DNA of 64,000 bases from Kiloniellaceae bacterium (GCA_021776175.1 JAJFGJ010000003.1:144233-208232), one strand, 5' to 3'; positions 45,051-55,168 are shown, counted from the first letter of the stretch. The notes: generated by a model not told the origin, from the letters alone. Numbers and translations: made by a program.

Positions 45051-47078
45051 CTAGGCCAGGCTAGACACGGAATCCGCGAAGCCGCCTAAGCGCTCGCTCG
45101 GGAGCTGGACGGTCACGGCGGTTCCCACGCCGGTCTCGCTTTCTATATCCAGGGTGCCGCCATGCATTTCCACCAGCGCCTTGGTCAGAGGCAGCCCAAG
45201 TCCCGTGCCTTCGTAGGCGCGGCTAAGAGTGCTGTCCACCTGAGCGAAAGGCGCGATAACTTTCGATAGATTTTCCTTGGCGATTCCTATTCCGTTATCG
45301 CTTACCCGCATCGTCAGGCCGTGTTCGGGAGTCGCGCTCACTGTCAGTTCGATGGTGCCGCCGGGCTGGGTAAACTTGACCGCGTTGGAAAGGAGGTTGA
45401 GCAGGATCTGCTTCAATTTAAGCCCATCGGCATAAAGCGTCGGTAGGTTGTGCGGCACCTTGGAAACTACCTTCAGGTTGCCCGAATCCGCCCGCTCCTT
45501 GATTATGGTCATGCTGGAGAGAACCACCTCGTCCAAATCCACGAATGACTCATAGAGATCGAGCTTGCCGGCCTCGATCTTCGACAAATCGAGTATGTCG
45601 TTTATCAGTTGCAGCAGGTGATGGCCGGAATCGTTTATGTCTTTCGCATAGTCGATGTATTTTTCGTCTCCGACTGGGCCGAAGGCTTGGTTTTGGGTAA
45701 GCTCCGAGAATCCAATGATGGCGTTGAGGGGCGTGCGAAGCTCGTGGCTCATGTTGGCCAGGAATTCGGACTTCGACCGGTTCGACAACTCGGCCTCCTC
45801 TTTAGCTTCGCGCAGTCTCCTTTTGCTGAGTTGAATCTCTACCACCTTTTTCTTGAGGGCATCGCGCGCATGGCGAAGTTCGTCCTCGCGCTGTTCGATG
45901 GTCGAGATGAAACCCTTCAGGGCCTCGGCCATGCGCGTGATTTCATCGTTTCCGCCGGAGGGGATTTTATGGGTCCCTCCCGAGGCGTGAATGGCCATGC
46001 TCCGTTGCAGCGCAACCAACCTGCCACCGATGTCGCGGCCGATATAAAGAGCCAAGCCAACCGCGCCCAGAACACAAAACGCGGCAATGGCGGCTAATAT
46101 CCATCCGTAGAGCTTCAGGTTCTCCCGCGATTCTTGCGTGGCCGTTTCGATTTCGTCCTGTGCCGCTTGGATCAACACGTTCGCGGCAAATACCAGGGAT
46201 TTGCCGTTCTGGTTGTACGCATAGACCATGCGTTCCGCCGCCGCGGCCGCTTTCAGTTCCCGCTCACGTAGATTGAACATGTTTTCGTCGCCGGATCCAA
46301 ACCGCTTTAAATCCTGAAATGGCTTGGATATACGCGCGGCCGCTTTCCCGGGCAGTTCGGAAATTTCGGCTTCGGCTCTTTTCGCGATGACCTGAAACTC
46401 GTTTCTTAGATTTTTCAGGCCAAAAGGCGTAGGGGCGTTGGCTGCCGCTAGCAGGTTGGTTTGGATGGCTTTGCCTAAAACCCGCGCCATGGGCGCGATT
46501 TGAGCGATATGCGCGTCATGTAATTTGTGCCCGGGTGTGAGGCGGTGCTCAATTATACCGGGTGCGGCTTGACCGCTTGCGAACTCGGCGCCCGCTTCAT
46601 TGGTCGCGTCTTGAAAGGCGTGGAATGAGACAGTAAGTGCATGAATTGCCTCTTGCTTCTCGATCTTGGCGGCAATTCGCGCTTGAACCATTTTGTCGAG
46701 CGACTTGAAGGTAGCGAAGAGCTGATCTCTCTTGCGCACGATGCCTGCCACCGCCTCGACTTCGCTCCCCTCGAGGCGCGCGATCAACTCACCAAGCCAA
46801 TTCATCTGATCCGCGATCCTATTTGCTGCGGTTAGACGCTGGGTCTGGGCTCTCGAGGTCAGAAGGGTGGGCGCCGTTGCAGCGATGGCTTCGGTTTGCT
46901 GGGCGATTTGGTAGGCCGTGGCCGCCACGGGCAGGTGAGACTGAGTGATATGGTCCAGCGCGGCCCAGCTTTGGACGAATGCGAAGATACCCAAGGCGCT
47001 AGCCAACACCGTGGCCGCGGCGGCGCCGCCGAAGCTGAGTATGAGGCGGTTCTTAACGCTGAGCGATACTAGGACCAT
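45051..47078 (-). CDS. Periplasmic-sensor/HAMP histidine kinase (no adjacent response regulator)
   Basis: N-terminal TM, a ~300-aa periplasmic helical region, a second TM, a HAMP-like segment, a coiled coil, the H-box [23 protein letters not shown], and DNGIGI/GTGLGL. Confidence 0.88.
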   Translation of the reverse strand: MVLVSLSVKNRLILSFGGAAAATVLASALGIFAFVQSWAALDHITQSHLPVAATAYQIAQQTEAIAATAPTLLTSRAQTQRLTAANRIADQMNWLGELIARLEGSEVEAVAGIVRKRDQLFATFKSLDKMVQARIAAKIEKQEAIHALTVSFHAFQDATNEAGAEFASGQAAPGIIEHRLTPGHKLHDAHIAQIAPMARVLGKAIQTNLLAAANAPTPFGLKNLRNEFQVIAKRAEAEISELPGKAAARISKPFQDLKRFGSGDENMFNLRERELKAAAAAERMVYAYNQNGKSLVFAANVLIQAAQDEIETATQESRENLKLYGWILAAIAAFCVLGAVGLALYIGRDIGGRLVALQRSMAIHASGGTHKIPSGGNDEITRMAEALKGFISTIEQREDELRHARDALKKKVVEIQLSKRRLREAKEEAELSNRSKSEFLANMSHELRTPLNAIIGFSELTQNQAFGPVGDEKYIDYAKDINDSGHHLLQLINDILDLSKIEAGKLDLYESFVDLDEVVLSSMTIIKERADSGNLKVVSKVPHNLPTLYADGLKLKQILLNLLSNAVKFTQPGGTIELTVSATPEHGLTMRVSDNGIGIAKENLSKVIAPFAQVDSTLSRAYEGTGLGLPLTKALVEMHGGTLDIESETGVGTAVTVQLPSERLGGFADSVSSLA

Positions 47079-47324
47079 CTTAAAGAGCGATATCCGTTGC
47101 CTCCACCAGGAGGAGCTGGTTTCTCTCTTGGCCTGCTATCAACGAGGTGACAAGCGAGCTAGCCGGAGACGACAGGACTCTTTTTTGCTGGCTTTGAATA
47201 TCGGCATTTATCGTTAACATTTGAATAATCGTCATTGTCCATAATGATGCCGAGGATCGCAGATAATGCTCCTAGGGACGGCTTGCCAGGGGAGCGTTAG
47301 CGGCGAGCTAAGCACCGCTAAAAT

Positions 47325-48362
47325 ATGGGTATCGCCATGAGAGTCTTCTTTCTCCTCGCCCTTACCGCCGCTTACTTTTTGGCCGCCGTGGCCCCAGTAA
47401 GCGCCGGTCCGACTCTCGCGGCCGTTCAGGAGCGGGGTTTTATCAAATGCGGTGTGAACACCGGCTTGCTGGGATTCTCGGCCATCGATCAGAAGGGCGA
47501 GTGGTCGGGGTTGGATGTGGACTTTTGCCGGGCTTTCGCCGCCGCCGTCTTAGGCGACAGCAACGCCGTCGAACTCATCCCCTTGGGCACCAAGGTTCGC
47601 TTTACCGCCTTGCAACAGAATGAGGTCGATATCCTGTCCCGGAACACGACTTGGACTTTCAAGCGCGAAACCTCCTTGGGATTGGATTTCACGGAAGTCA
47701 CCTATTACGACGGCCAAGGATTTCTGGCACGAAAATCCCTTGGCGCGAAAAGGCTGAGCGACTTGAAACCGGGCGTGCGTATATGCGTCGCTTCCTTCAC
47801 GACCACGGAAACAAATCTAACCGCCTATACCAAGGCTCATAACCTTGATTACGAGATGGTTCGCCACGGCTCCATGGAAGAAGCCAAGGCTGGGCTGTTT
47901 CTTGGGCGTTGCGAACTGTTCACTACCGACCGTGGGGGTTTGGCCTCGATCCGTGCGACCGAGGCCCCGAATCCGGATGATTTCATCATTCTGGACGACG
48001 TCATCTCGAAGGAGCCCCTGGGCCCCTTTGTCCGTGACGACGATCCGCAGTGGCGCAATATCGTGCGCTGGGTGGTTCTCGCGACGATAGAGGCCGAAGA
48101 AGCCGGCATTAGCTCGGCCAATGTGGACGCCGTCAGGGCAGGGGCCGATCCGGTGCTGAAAACCATGTTGGGCGGCGAACCCGGCGTTGGTGAAAGCCTT
48201 GGATTGAAAGACGATTGGGTATACCAAGTGATCCGCCAAGTTGGGAATTACGGCGAGATTTTCGCCCGTAACCTGGGACCCGGCACCCCCGTTTCGCTGG
48301 AGCGCGGTCTTAACGCCTTGTGGAGCGATGGCGGTCTTATGTATGCGCCGCCCTTGAGGTAG
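47325..48362 (+). CDS. Amino-acid ABC transporter periplasmic binding protein (AapJ/BztA-like), orphan
   Basis: Signal peptide, then GPTLAAVQERGFIKCGVNTGLLGFS... is typical of general L-amino-acid binding proteins. No permease or ATPase genes are adjacent. Confidence 0.85.
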   Translation: MGIAMRVFFLLALTAAYFLAAVAPVSAGPTLAAVQERGFIKCGVNTGLLGFSAIDQKGEWSGLDVDFCRAFAAAVLGDSNAVELIPLGTKVRFTALQQNEVDILSRNTTWTFKRETSLGLDFTEVTYYDGQGFLARKSLGAKRLSDLKPGVRICVASFTTTETNLTAYTKAHNLDYEMVRHGSMEEAKAGLFLGRCELFTTDRGGLASIRATEAPNPDDFIILDDVISKEPLGPFVRDDDPQWRNIVRWVVLATIEAEEAGISSANVDAVRAGADPVLKTMLGGEPGVGESLGLKDDWVYQVIRQVGNYGEIFARNLGPGTPVSLERGLNALWSDGGLMYAPPLR

Positions 48363-48447
48363 GCCGGGCCGGGCGGCGCTATTGCCGTTGCCGCCGGGTC
48401 ATGCCCGGATTATCTTACCGCTCGAGTTTCCGGAGCGCCTGCCCAGT

Positions 48448-48792
48448 ATGATTCCCAAATTCGCGGCTATATTTTCCTACGTTTTGCTTGCCTCGCCGGC
48501 TCTGGCGCACGAGGGCCACGACTCCGAGACCTGCCTCTCTGGAGTGGTGTGCGGTCAGGCGGCGGAGATGGGTGCCTGGGGGTTGATTGCCCTGGGGCTG
48601 CTGTCGTGGCTGGTCGCGTTGATCCCCCCCCGTGCCCGGGATGAGGCGGAAGAAGGTAAGGGGTCTTCGTTTCTAAGCGGACTCCAGGCCCGGATCGAAA
48701 TGGAGACGACGGGGTGGCGCCGCTTCCAATGGCCGTTGCTGGGCCTGATATCGATCGGCCTGGGCTCCTCGGTTTTGCTAGGCTGGCTGTAG
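48448..48792 (+). CDS. Small membrane protein, unknown function
   Basis: Signal/TM start MIPKFAAIFSYVLLASPALAHEGHD, then two further hydrophobic segments. The start is chosen at the first Met before the hydrophobic segment. Confidence 0.45.
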   Translation: MIPKFAAIFSYVLLASPALAHEGHDSETCLSGVVCGQAAEMGAWGLIALGLLSWLVALIPPRARDEAEEGKGSSFLSGLQARIEMETTGWRRFQWPLLGLISIGLGSSVLLGWL

Positions 48793-48826
48793 GGGGCCTC
48801 GCGATGTTTGCGATCGCAAGGCGCGT

Positions 48827-49633
48827 ATGAGCGAAACCTATCGCTTCACCGCCGGCGCGGCGCCCATGTTGGTCTCCATCCCGCATGTCGGAACCGGTGT
48901 GCCGGACGATATCGCCAAGCGCTTCACTGAGGCGGCCAAGACCCTGCCGGATACCGATTGGCATGTCGACCGGCTATACGATTTCCTCGGTGATCTTGAC
49001 GTATCCGTTATCGCGGCGACGCAATCGCGCTATGTCGTCGATCTCAACCGGCCGGCGGATGGCCGGCCGCTATACTCCGGCGCCAACAACACCGGTCTGT
49101 GCCCGACGTCGACCTTCGGCGAGGCGGCGATTTACCGTGACGGCGCGGCGCCGGACGCGGATGAGATCGCGGCACGGCGCGGGTCGTTCTGGCAACCGTA
49201 TCACGCGCGTTTACAGGCGGAACTCGCGGCCATCCACGCCCGCCACGGCATCGCCGTGCTGTGGGACGCGCACTCGATCCGCAGCCAGGTCCCGCGTTTT
49301 TTCGAGGGCCGCCTGCCGGACCTGAATTTTGGCACCGGCGGTGGAACCAGCGCCGATCCGGCGCTGTTATCGCGGCTCGAAGACGTGGGGCGCGCCGCGA
49401 AGGGATACACCGCGGCCAGCAACGGCCGCTTCAAGGGCGGCGCGATCACCCGCACCTACGGCGACCCGGCGGCGGGCCGCCACGCGGTCCAGCTAGAACT
49501 TAGCCAAATCACCTACATGGATGAAGATCCCCTCTACGGCTTTCGCGAGGATCTGGCAGCCGGTATTCGTCCCACCTTGCGCCGCTTGCTTGAAACCGCC
49601 CTAGGCTGGGCGAAAGAAAGTGTGGGCACTTAG
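48827..49633 (+). CDS. hutG: N-formylglutamate amidohydrolase
   Basis: LVSIPHVGTGVPDD, DTDWHVDRLY and VDLNRP motifs of the FGase family. 268 aa. Confidence 0.88.
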   Translation: MSETYRFTAGAAPMLVSIPHVGTGVPDDIAKRFTEAAKTLPDTDWHVDRLYDFLGDLDVSVIAATQSRYVVDLNRPADGRPLYSGANNTGLCPTSTFGEAAIYRDGAAPDADEIAARRGSFWQPYHARLQAELAAIHARHGIAVLWDAHSIRSQVPRFFEGRLPDLNFGTGGGTSADPALLSRLEDVGRAAKGYTAASNGRFKGGAITRTYGDPAAGRHAVQLELSQITYMDEDPLYGFREDLAAGIRPTLRRLLETALGWAKESVGT

Positions 49634-49643
49634 AAAGGCGCGG

Positions 49644-51281
49644 ATGCGGTTCGTACACGGGCTTAGATTCGATAATTTGCGCGGCGATATCTATGGCGGC
49701 ATCACGGCGGCGGTGGTGGCCTTGCCGCTTGCGCTCGCTTTTGGAGTCGCCTCGGGCGCGGGGCCGATCGCCGGCCTTTACGGCGCGGTTCTGGTCGGTT
49801 TCTTCGCCTCGGTCTTTGGCGGCACTCCGGCGCAGGTTTCCGGTCCGACCGGCCCCATGACCGTGGTCATGGCCGGCGTCATCACGCAATTCTCCCACGA
49901 TCCGGCCTTGGCCTTCACGGTCGTGATGATGGCCGGTTTGTTCCAGATCCTCTTCGGTGTCATGAAGATCGGCCGCTACATCAGCCTGATGCCTTTTCCC
50001 GTCGTATCGGGGTTCATGACCGGCATTGGCTGCATCATCATTATTTTGCAGCTTGGCCCTCTTCTCGGCCATCCCACGCCCGCCGGCGGGACCATCGCGG
50101 CGCTCATCGCCCTGCCCGGCCTGTTGGCGGCGCCGAACGCCGACGCGGCGATTATCGGCCTGCTGGCCCTGGCGGCGGTCTATCTGGTGCCCGCGCAAAT
50201 CGACCGCATAGTACCGCGTCCATTGATCGCCTTGGTCGGCGGCAGCCTGATCGTCGCCTTCCTGCTCACCGGCGCCCCGGTTCTTGGGGATATCCCCACC
50301 GGCCTGCCGGCGCCGCACTTGCCGCGATTCGAGGTCGAGGCGGTGCCGCAAATGGTGCAGTCCGCCTTGGTGCTGGCCCTGCTGGGTTCGATCGACAGCC
50401 TGCTGACATCGCTCATCGCCGACAATGTGACCCAGACCGCGCACGATTCCGACCGGGAATTGATCGGGCAGGGTATCGGCAATACCATCGCCGGGCTGTT
50501 CGGTGCCATTCCAGGCGCGGGCGCGACCATGCGCACGGTGGTTAATGTGCGGACCGGCGGGCGCACACCGATCTCCGGTGCCCTGCATTCCTTGATTTTG
50601 CTTGCCGTCGTCCTTGGCATTGGCGGCTTGGCGGAGCGTATTCCCCATGCGGTGCTGGCCGGCATCTTGATCAAGGTCGGGATAGACATTATCGACTGGG
50701 GATACCTGCGCCGCCTGCGCGAAGCGCCGCGCGCGGGCATTCTGTTCATGGTCGTGGTGCTTCTCCTGACCGTCTTCGTCGATCTGATCACGGCGGTCGC
50801 GGTCGGTATCGTTTTGGCGAGCTTACTGTTCGTGAAGCGCATGTCCGATCTTCAGCTCGCGAACATCACGACAATCACCCACGATGGCGATCAGTCCTCG
50901 CTTAGCGGCGACGAGACGGCTGTTTTGGCGCAGGCGGGCGGGCGTATCGTACTCTACCACTTGACCGGACCCTTCAGCTTTGGCGCCGCCAAGGGCATGG
51001 CGCGTCAACTGGCCGCGGCTGACCAATTTGACGCGCTGGTCCTGGATCTGACCGATGTGCCCTTTCTCGACAGTAGCGCGTCCCTGGCCCTTGAGGATTC
51101 GATCCTGCAGGCTCAGGAGCGCCAAAAGCACGTTTTCCTGGTTGGCGCGCGCGATGAGGTGGAAGAAACGCTCAAGCGGCTCGGGGTCACCGAACTTCTG
51201 CCCGAGGGGCACCATCACATCAAGCGGATTGATGCGCTGCGTCAGGCCGCGGCCTTGATAGTGGGAGAGACAGCACCATGA
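49644..51281 (+). CDS. SulP-family anion transporter with a C-terminal STAS domain
   Basis: RGDIYGGITAAVVALPLALAFGVASG, and a STAS end (LDLTDVPFLDSSASLALED). The start could also be 49620. Confidence 0.9.
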   Translation: MRFVHGLRFDNLRGDIYGGITAAVVALPLALAFGVASGAGPIAGLYGAVLVGFFASVFGGTPAQVSGPTGPMTVVMAGVITQFSHDPALAFTVVMMAGLFQILFGVMKIGRYISLMPFPVVSGFMTGIGCIIIILQLGPLLGHPTPAGGTIAALIALPGLLAAPNADAAIIGLLALAAVYLVPAQIDRIVPRPLIALVGGSLIVAFLLTGAPVLGDIPTGLPAPHLPRFEVEAVPQMVQSALVLALLGSIDSLLTSLIADNVTQTAHDSDRELIGQGIGNTIAGLFGAIPGAGATMRTVVNVRTGGRTPISGALHSLILLAVVLGIGGLAERIPHAVLAGILIKVGIDIIDWGYLRRLREAPRAGILFMVVVLLLTVFVDLITAVAVGIVLASLLFVKRMSDLQLANITTITHDGDQSSLSGDETAVLAQAGGRIVLYHLTGPFSFGAAKGMARQLAAADQFDALVLDLTDVPFLDSSASLALEDSILQAQERQKHVFLVGARDEVEETLKRLGVTELLPEGHHHIKRIDALRQAAALIVGETAP

Positions 51282-51580
51282 TTTTGGAATCGGCCCTTTT
51301 GAACGTGAAGCCCGGCCGGGAGACGGAATTCGAGACCGCCATGCGCGCGGCGCGGCCTCTAATCGCGGCAACTCCGGGTTTTCAAGGCATCGAGGTGCGG
51401 CGTTGCCTAGAGACGCCGAACCGCTACCTCCTGCTCGTCCGGTGGGCCCGGTTGGAGGATCACACGCAAGGATTTCGCGGTTCGGACCGGTATCAAGAAT
51501 GGCGCGCGAGGCTCCACGATTTCTACGATCCCTTTCCCACGGTGGAGCACTTCGGCGCGCCGATCCACGATGAGGCATGA
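51278..51580 (+). CDS. ABM-domain (antibiotic biosynthesis monooxygenase-like) protein
   Basis: 100 aa. LNVKPGRETEFETAMRAARPLIAATPGFQGIEVRRCLE...YLLLVRWARLEDH. 4-nt overlap with the SulP gene. Confidence 0.75.
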   Translation: MILESALLNVKPGRETEFETAMRAARPLIAATPGFQGIEVRRCLETPNRYLLLVRWARLEDHTQGFRGSDRYQEWRARLHDFYDPFPTVEHFGAPIHDEA

Positions 51581-51608
51581 CGATGCTTGGGCGCGTAAGC
51601 CGCCGGGA

Positions 51609-52358
51609 TCATAGAAAGGCTCTGGCGGCGATATAAAGCCCCAATACGAACAGGAAGCAAAAGAACACCTTGCGGAACGTGGCTTCGGGCAGACGGCGGC
51701 GAATACGTTGCCCCGCGGCCATGCCAAGAGTGGCCGGAACGACCGCCGCGGCCGACAAGGCGCCGAGTTCGCGGGGCAGCAAGCCGTGATTCGACAAGGA
51801 AATCCCCAGTGCCAGGGTTAGGGCCACGAATACCACGCCCATGGCCTGAACCAGGGTATCGCGTGCCAACCCCAAGGCTTGAAGATACAAGACTCCGGGG
51901 ACCACAAACGATCCGGTCAGGCCGGTAATCGCCCCCCCGGTAAGCCCGATGGCGGGGGACAGCCAGGATTCGTGCCGGCCGGGCGGGCGTACCTGCGGCC
52001 TGGCCAGGCTGTAGCCCGTGTAGACGCATAGCAGCACGCCGAGCAGGCCAGCCACGAGCGCGGCGTCGGCCCGGGCCAAGAGGGCGCTTCCGAACCAGGT
52101 TCCCATGCACGCGGCGGCTATCAGGCTCCATAACCGCCGCACGATGGCCTTCAACTCGCTTCCGCTCAGGGCCTGCCACAAATTAGCGGCAAGCGATGGC
52201 ACTATCATTAAAGCGATCGCCTGCTTCACATCCATGGCCGCGGTCAGAAGGGCAAGTGAGACTGTCGGCAAACCCAAGCCGATGACACCCTTTATCAGGC
52301 CAGCGGCCAAGAATGCCGCCCCGGTCAGGGCCACAACTTCAAGAGGTATGTTTGACAT
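51609..52358 (-). CDS. TauE/SafE-family sulfite/anion exporter
   Basis: Polytopic membrane protein with GLIKGVIGLGLP and GGAITGLTG motifs. The start at MSNIPLE (52358) is preferred. Confidence 0.88.
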   Translation of the reverse strand: MSNIPLEVVALTGAAFLAAGLIKGVIGLGLPTVSLALLTAAMDVKQAIALMIVPSLAANLWQALSGSELKAIVRRLWSLIAAACMGTWFGSALLARADAALVAGLLGVLLCVYTGYSLARPQVRPPGRHESWLSPAIGLTGGAITGLTGSFVVPGVLYLQALGLARDTLVQAMGVVFVALTLALGISLSNHGLLPRELGALSAAAVVPATLGMAAGQRIRRRLPEATFRKVFFCFLFVLGLYIAARAFL

Positions 52359-52597
52359 GGGTCTCCGGGCGGCGGGGGTCTCTTGGATACAGGCGTCACC
52401 CAGGCATAACACAGAATGAGCATTGCCGCCGAGCCATGGTACCTGGGCCGGCGCATGGCGGGGGTCATATTCGGGATTTTGCCAAGGGCCGCATTAACGA
52501 TCTATTTCCCGTATTTCGCCAAGATGAGCGGCGCGCCGCCGGGCGCTGGGAATATGAGTATTGGGCCGAAGCCAAGGTCGCCGGTATCGAGGACGCC

Positions 52598-54610
52598 ATG
52601 ACTAAACAATCGAGCGACCCGGGAACAGCTCCGACCCTGGCCGGGCGCTACCTGATTCACCCCGACAAACCCTTGCCGGCCCGCGATCACGCGGCTGCAT
52701 TCGCTGTCGAAGCCACGGATAAGCGCGCCCCCGCACGGGGTCTGATCGCCATGGTTTGCCGGCCGGGACTGGTTCCGCGTCTCGATATCATTCCGCAGTT
52801 GTCGCGCCTGATGCGGCTGCCCATGATTACGCCGATCGAATCCGGCCCGGTCGTCTGGCCGGAATCGGGCGGCCGCCGCTTCGTTGTTCTGTTCGAGCAC
52901 TCATTGGACCGGGCGTTGGCCGGAAATCTAGGCACGGCATTCGAGGCGCTGCGCGGAGATCAGATAATTTATCATGTCGTTAAACCGATTCTCCCGGCCC
53001 TCAAGGAACTGAGCGGACGATCGATCAAGCACCGGGCGATTCGCGCGGACAATGTCTTTTATAGCGACAGTACTTGTCAGAGCACCGTGCTCGGCGAATG
53101 CGTGAGTGGCCCAACGGGTATGTCGCAGCCTAAGCTTTACGAACCGATCGACCTCGCGATGGCCAACGATTCCGGCCGGGGTCAAGGGACGCTCGCCGAT
53201 GACATGTATGCCATGGGCATCATGATCGCGGTCCTGTTGAACGGCGGCAATCCAACCGAAGGTATGAGCGATGAAGAAATCGTCGCCGATAAAATCAGGC
53301 ATGGCAGTTACTCAGCCGTGACTAAGAATTTAAATATATCGCTGCGCATGATAGAACCCTTGCGCGGCCTCCTTTGCGACGATCCATCCGACCGCTGGAC
53401 TATCGACGAATTGGAATTGTGGGCCAGCGGGCGTCAGCTTAGTCCCAAGCAACCCATGTTGCCGGCCAAGGCGAGCCGCGCCATTGTCTTCGGTGAAACC
53501 GAGCACATGACAAGGCCGGGCCTGTCCTACGCCATGGGATGCCGTTGGGAGCAGGCGGCAAAGCTCGTGACCAGCGGTGAACTGGCGAATTGGTTGCGGC
53601 GGTCTTTCGGCGACGAAGATAGCGCGGATGCGATCGATGACCTGATCGGCAGTACAGGCGAGGGGAAGAAAGCCGAGGATCGGTTGATCTCCAGCGCCTT
53701 AATGGTGCTTGAGCCAAATCATCCGTTACGTTACCGGCAGATATCGGCCCGGATTGATGGTCTCGCGGCCACGCTTGCCATCAATTACCGAGACGAGGAA
53801 TTCCGAAACACCTTCATCGAGATGATGCAGGGCAACCTGCCCCAAATCTATTTGAAATCCTCAGGCGGGGACGGGCGGTCCGAGCGTGCCGTCCTGACTA
53901 AAACATTCGACATGTTCTCCTACTTCCTAGCCCGTCAGCAGCCCGGAAATGGCCTGGAGCGAGCCCTCTACGAAGGAAATCGCGGATGGCCGTGCCAGAG
54001 TCCCCTCATCGCCGACGATTACGTGTGCGAACTGGTTGATCTATTGCCGGTGCTTGAGGGCAGGGCGCGGCAGGCCTCGGCCAACGAGCAGCTCATCGAC
54101 CGCCACCTCGCGGGGTTTTGCGCGGCGCGATCGAAAACACTTGCCGAGTGCGTTCCGAAATTTCTCTCGCCAACAGTCGACGAGGTCAAAGAACGTTTGG
54201 GAGCTCTATCCGTCTATGCCGAGGTGCATCGGATATCCGGGCCGTCGGAACGCTATCCGGCTTTGACGGCGTTGCTCGCCGCCATGGTGGCACCGGTCTA
54301 CGAAAGTTATCGCAATCGGGCGCTGCGCGAGCAAAAGCGCAAGGCTGTCGAACGGATTGGCGGTAAGGGCAACCTGACGGAGTTGTCCATGGCGCTCAAC
54401 GATGCGTCGGCAAGGAGAGCCGATGCCGATGGCTTTGCCGACGCGCGCAAGGAATACGGGCGCTTGGAAAATAATATAAACTGGTTGACCGGGGGCGGCC
54501 TCTCGGCGCCGGGTCACGTGCAGGGAAAAGGCCGGCAGGCCGCGACGTTTTTGTCCGCCATGATCTCCAGCATCGCCGTGCTGGCCCTGTCGATCATTTT
54601 CGTTACTTGA
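52598..54610 (+). CDS. Tail-anchored Hanks-type kinase-like protein with degenerate catalytic motifs (predicted pseudokinase) plus a ~370-aa helical domain
   Basis: C-lobe pattern HRAIRADNVFY ... VLGECVSG ... LYEPID ... DMYAMGIMIAVLLNG ... LLCDDPSDRWTIDEL. The N-lobe has IAMV in place of VAIK and no Gly-rich loop. A single C-terminal TM reads AATFLSAMISSIAVLALSIIFVT. The ATG at 52598 follows a gagga SD. The upstream part of the ORF overlaps the tauE gene on the other strand. Confidence 0.7.
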   Translation: MTKQSSDPGTAPTLAGRYLIHPDKPLPARDHAAAFAVEATDKRAPARGLIAMVCRPGLVPRLDIIPQLSRLMRLPMITPIESGPVVWPESGGRRFVVLFEHSLDRALAGNLGTAFEALRGDQIIYHVVKPILPALKELSGRSIKHRAIRADNVFYSDSTCQSTVLGECVSGPTGMSQPKLYEPIDLAMANDSGRGQGTLADDMYAMGIMIAVLLNGGNPTEGMSDEEIVADKIRHGSYSAVTKNLNISLRMIEPLRGLLCDDPSDRWTIDELELWASGRQLSPKQPMLPAKASRAIVFGETEHMTRPGLSYAMGCRWEQAAKLVTSGELANWLRRSFGDEDSADAIDDLIGSTGEGKKAEDRLISSALMVLEPNHPLRYRQISARIDGLAATLAINYRDEEFRNTFIEMMQGNLPQIYLKSSGGDGRSERAVLTKTFDMFSYFLARQQPGNGLERALYEGNRGWPCQSPLIADDYVCELVDLLPVLEGRARQASANEQLIDRHLAGFCAARSKTLAECVPKFLSPTVDEVKERLGALSVYAEVHRISGPSERYPALTALLAAMVAPVYESYRNRALREQKRKAVERIGGKGNLTELSMALNDASARRADADGFADARKEYGRLENNINWLTGGGLSAPGHVQGKGRQAATFLSAMISSIAVLALSIIFVT

Positions 54611-54629
54611 TATAGCAAGAGCCGCAGCC

Positions 54630-55127
54630 ATGCAAAAACAGGTGAGCCAAGAACAAGCACAGGATCAACCGCGCAAGGCGCGCGGCGGGCGGTCGATCGT
54701 GACTGGAATTCTTCTCTTGCCGGTCATCGCGGTTCTTTTTCCCTCCTGCATGGTGCTGCTTGCCGGCATGGTGCCCAGCATTGTCGCCTACATGGTGGAC
54801 CGGACCGGCGGTAAGTACTTGTCCATCACGGTCGCGCTTCTAAATTTCTGCGGAACCTTGCCTGGATTAACGAGGCTGTGGCAGGAGGGTCAGGCCTTTG
54901 ATGCCGGCATGTACATAGCCGCCGATCCGTTTCATTGGTTGGTGTCTTACGGCGCCGCCGCGGGCGGCTGGATTATCTACCTCTCGGTACCGCTCATTCT
55001 GTCTATGTATTACACGAGTATCTCGAAAAATAGGATCGGCGCCTTGAAGCGCAAGCAGGCTCAATTAATCGAGACCTGGGGGCCCGAGGTCGTGCCCGGA
55101 AACATGCAGGATTCGTCCGAAGGATAG
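54630..55127 (+). CDS. Small polytopic membrane protein, unknown function (likely co-transcribed with 52598-54610)
   Basis: 165 aa. A basic N-terminus, then about 4 hydrophobic segments (IVTGILLLPVIAVLF..., MVPSIVAYMV, YLSITVALLNFCG, GWIIYLSVPLILSMYY). Starts 19 nt after the upstream stop. Confidence 0.6.
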   Translation: MQKQVSQEQAQDQPRKARGGRSIVTGILLLPVIAVLFPSCMVLLAGMVPSIVAYMVDRTGGKYLSITVALLNFCGTLPGLTRLWQEGQAFDAGMYIAADPFHWLVSYGAAAGGWIIYLSVPLILSMYYTSISKNRIGALKRKQAQLIETWGPEVVPGNMQDSSEG

Positions 55128-55168
55128 TTCGCGCCCCGGTGGCGGTCTCGATAATCTTATAACCGCCG

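Noticed and set aside
45041-45064. ctaggccagg ctaggccagg ctag micro-tandem repeat
   Set aside because: It is only 2.4 copies of a 10-mer at the stop codon of the HAMP kinase gene. This is probably a trivial slippage duplication with no evident function.
52313-52597. Upstream 95 codons of the 765-aa ORF
   Set aside because: They overlap the TauE gene on the opposite strand and have implausible composition. A gagga SD precedes the internal ATG at 52598.
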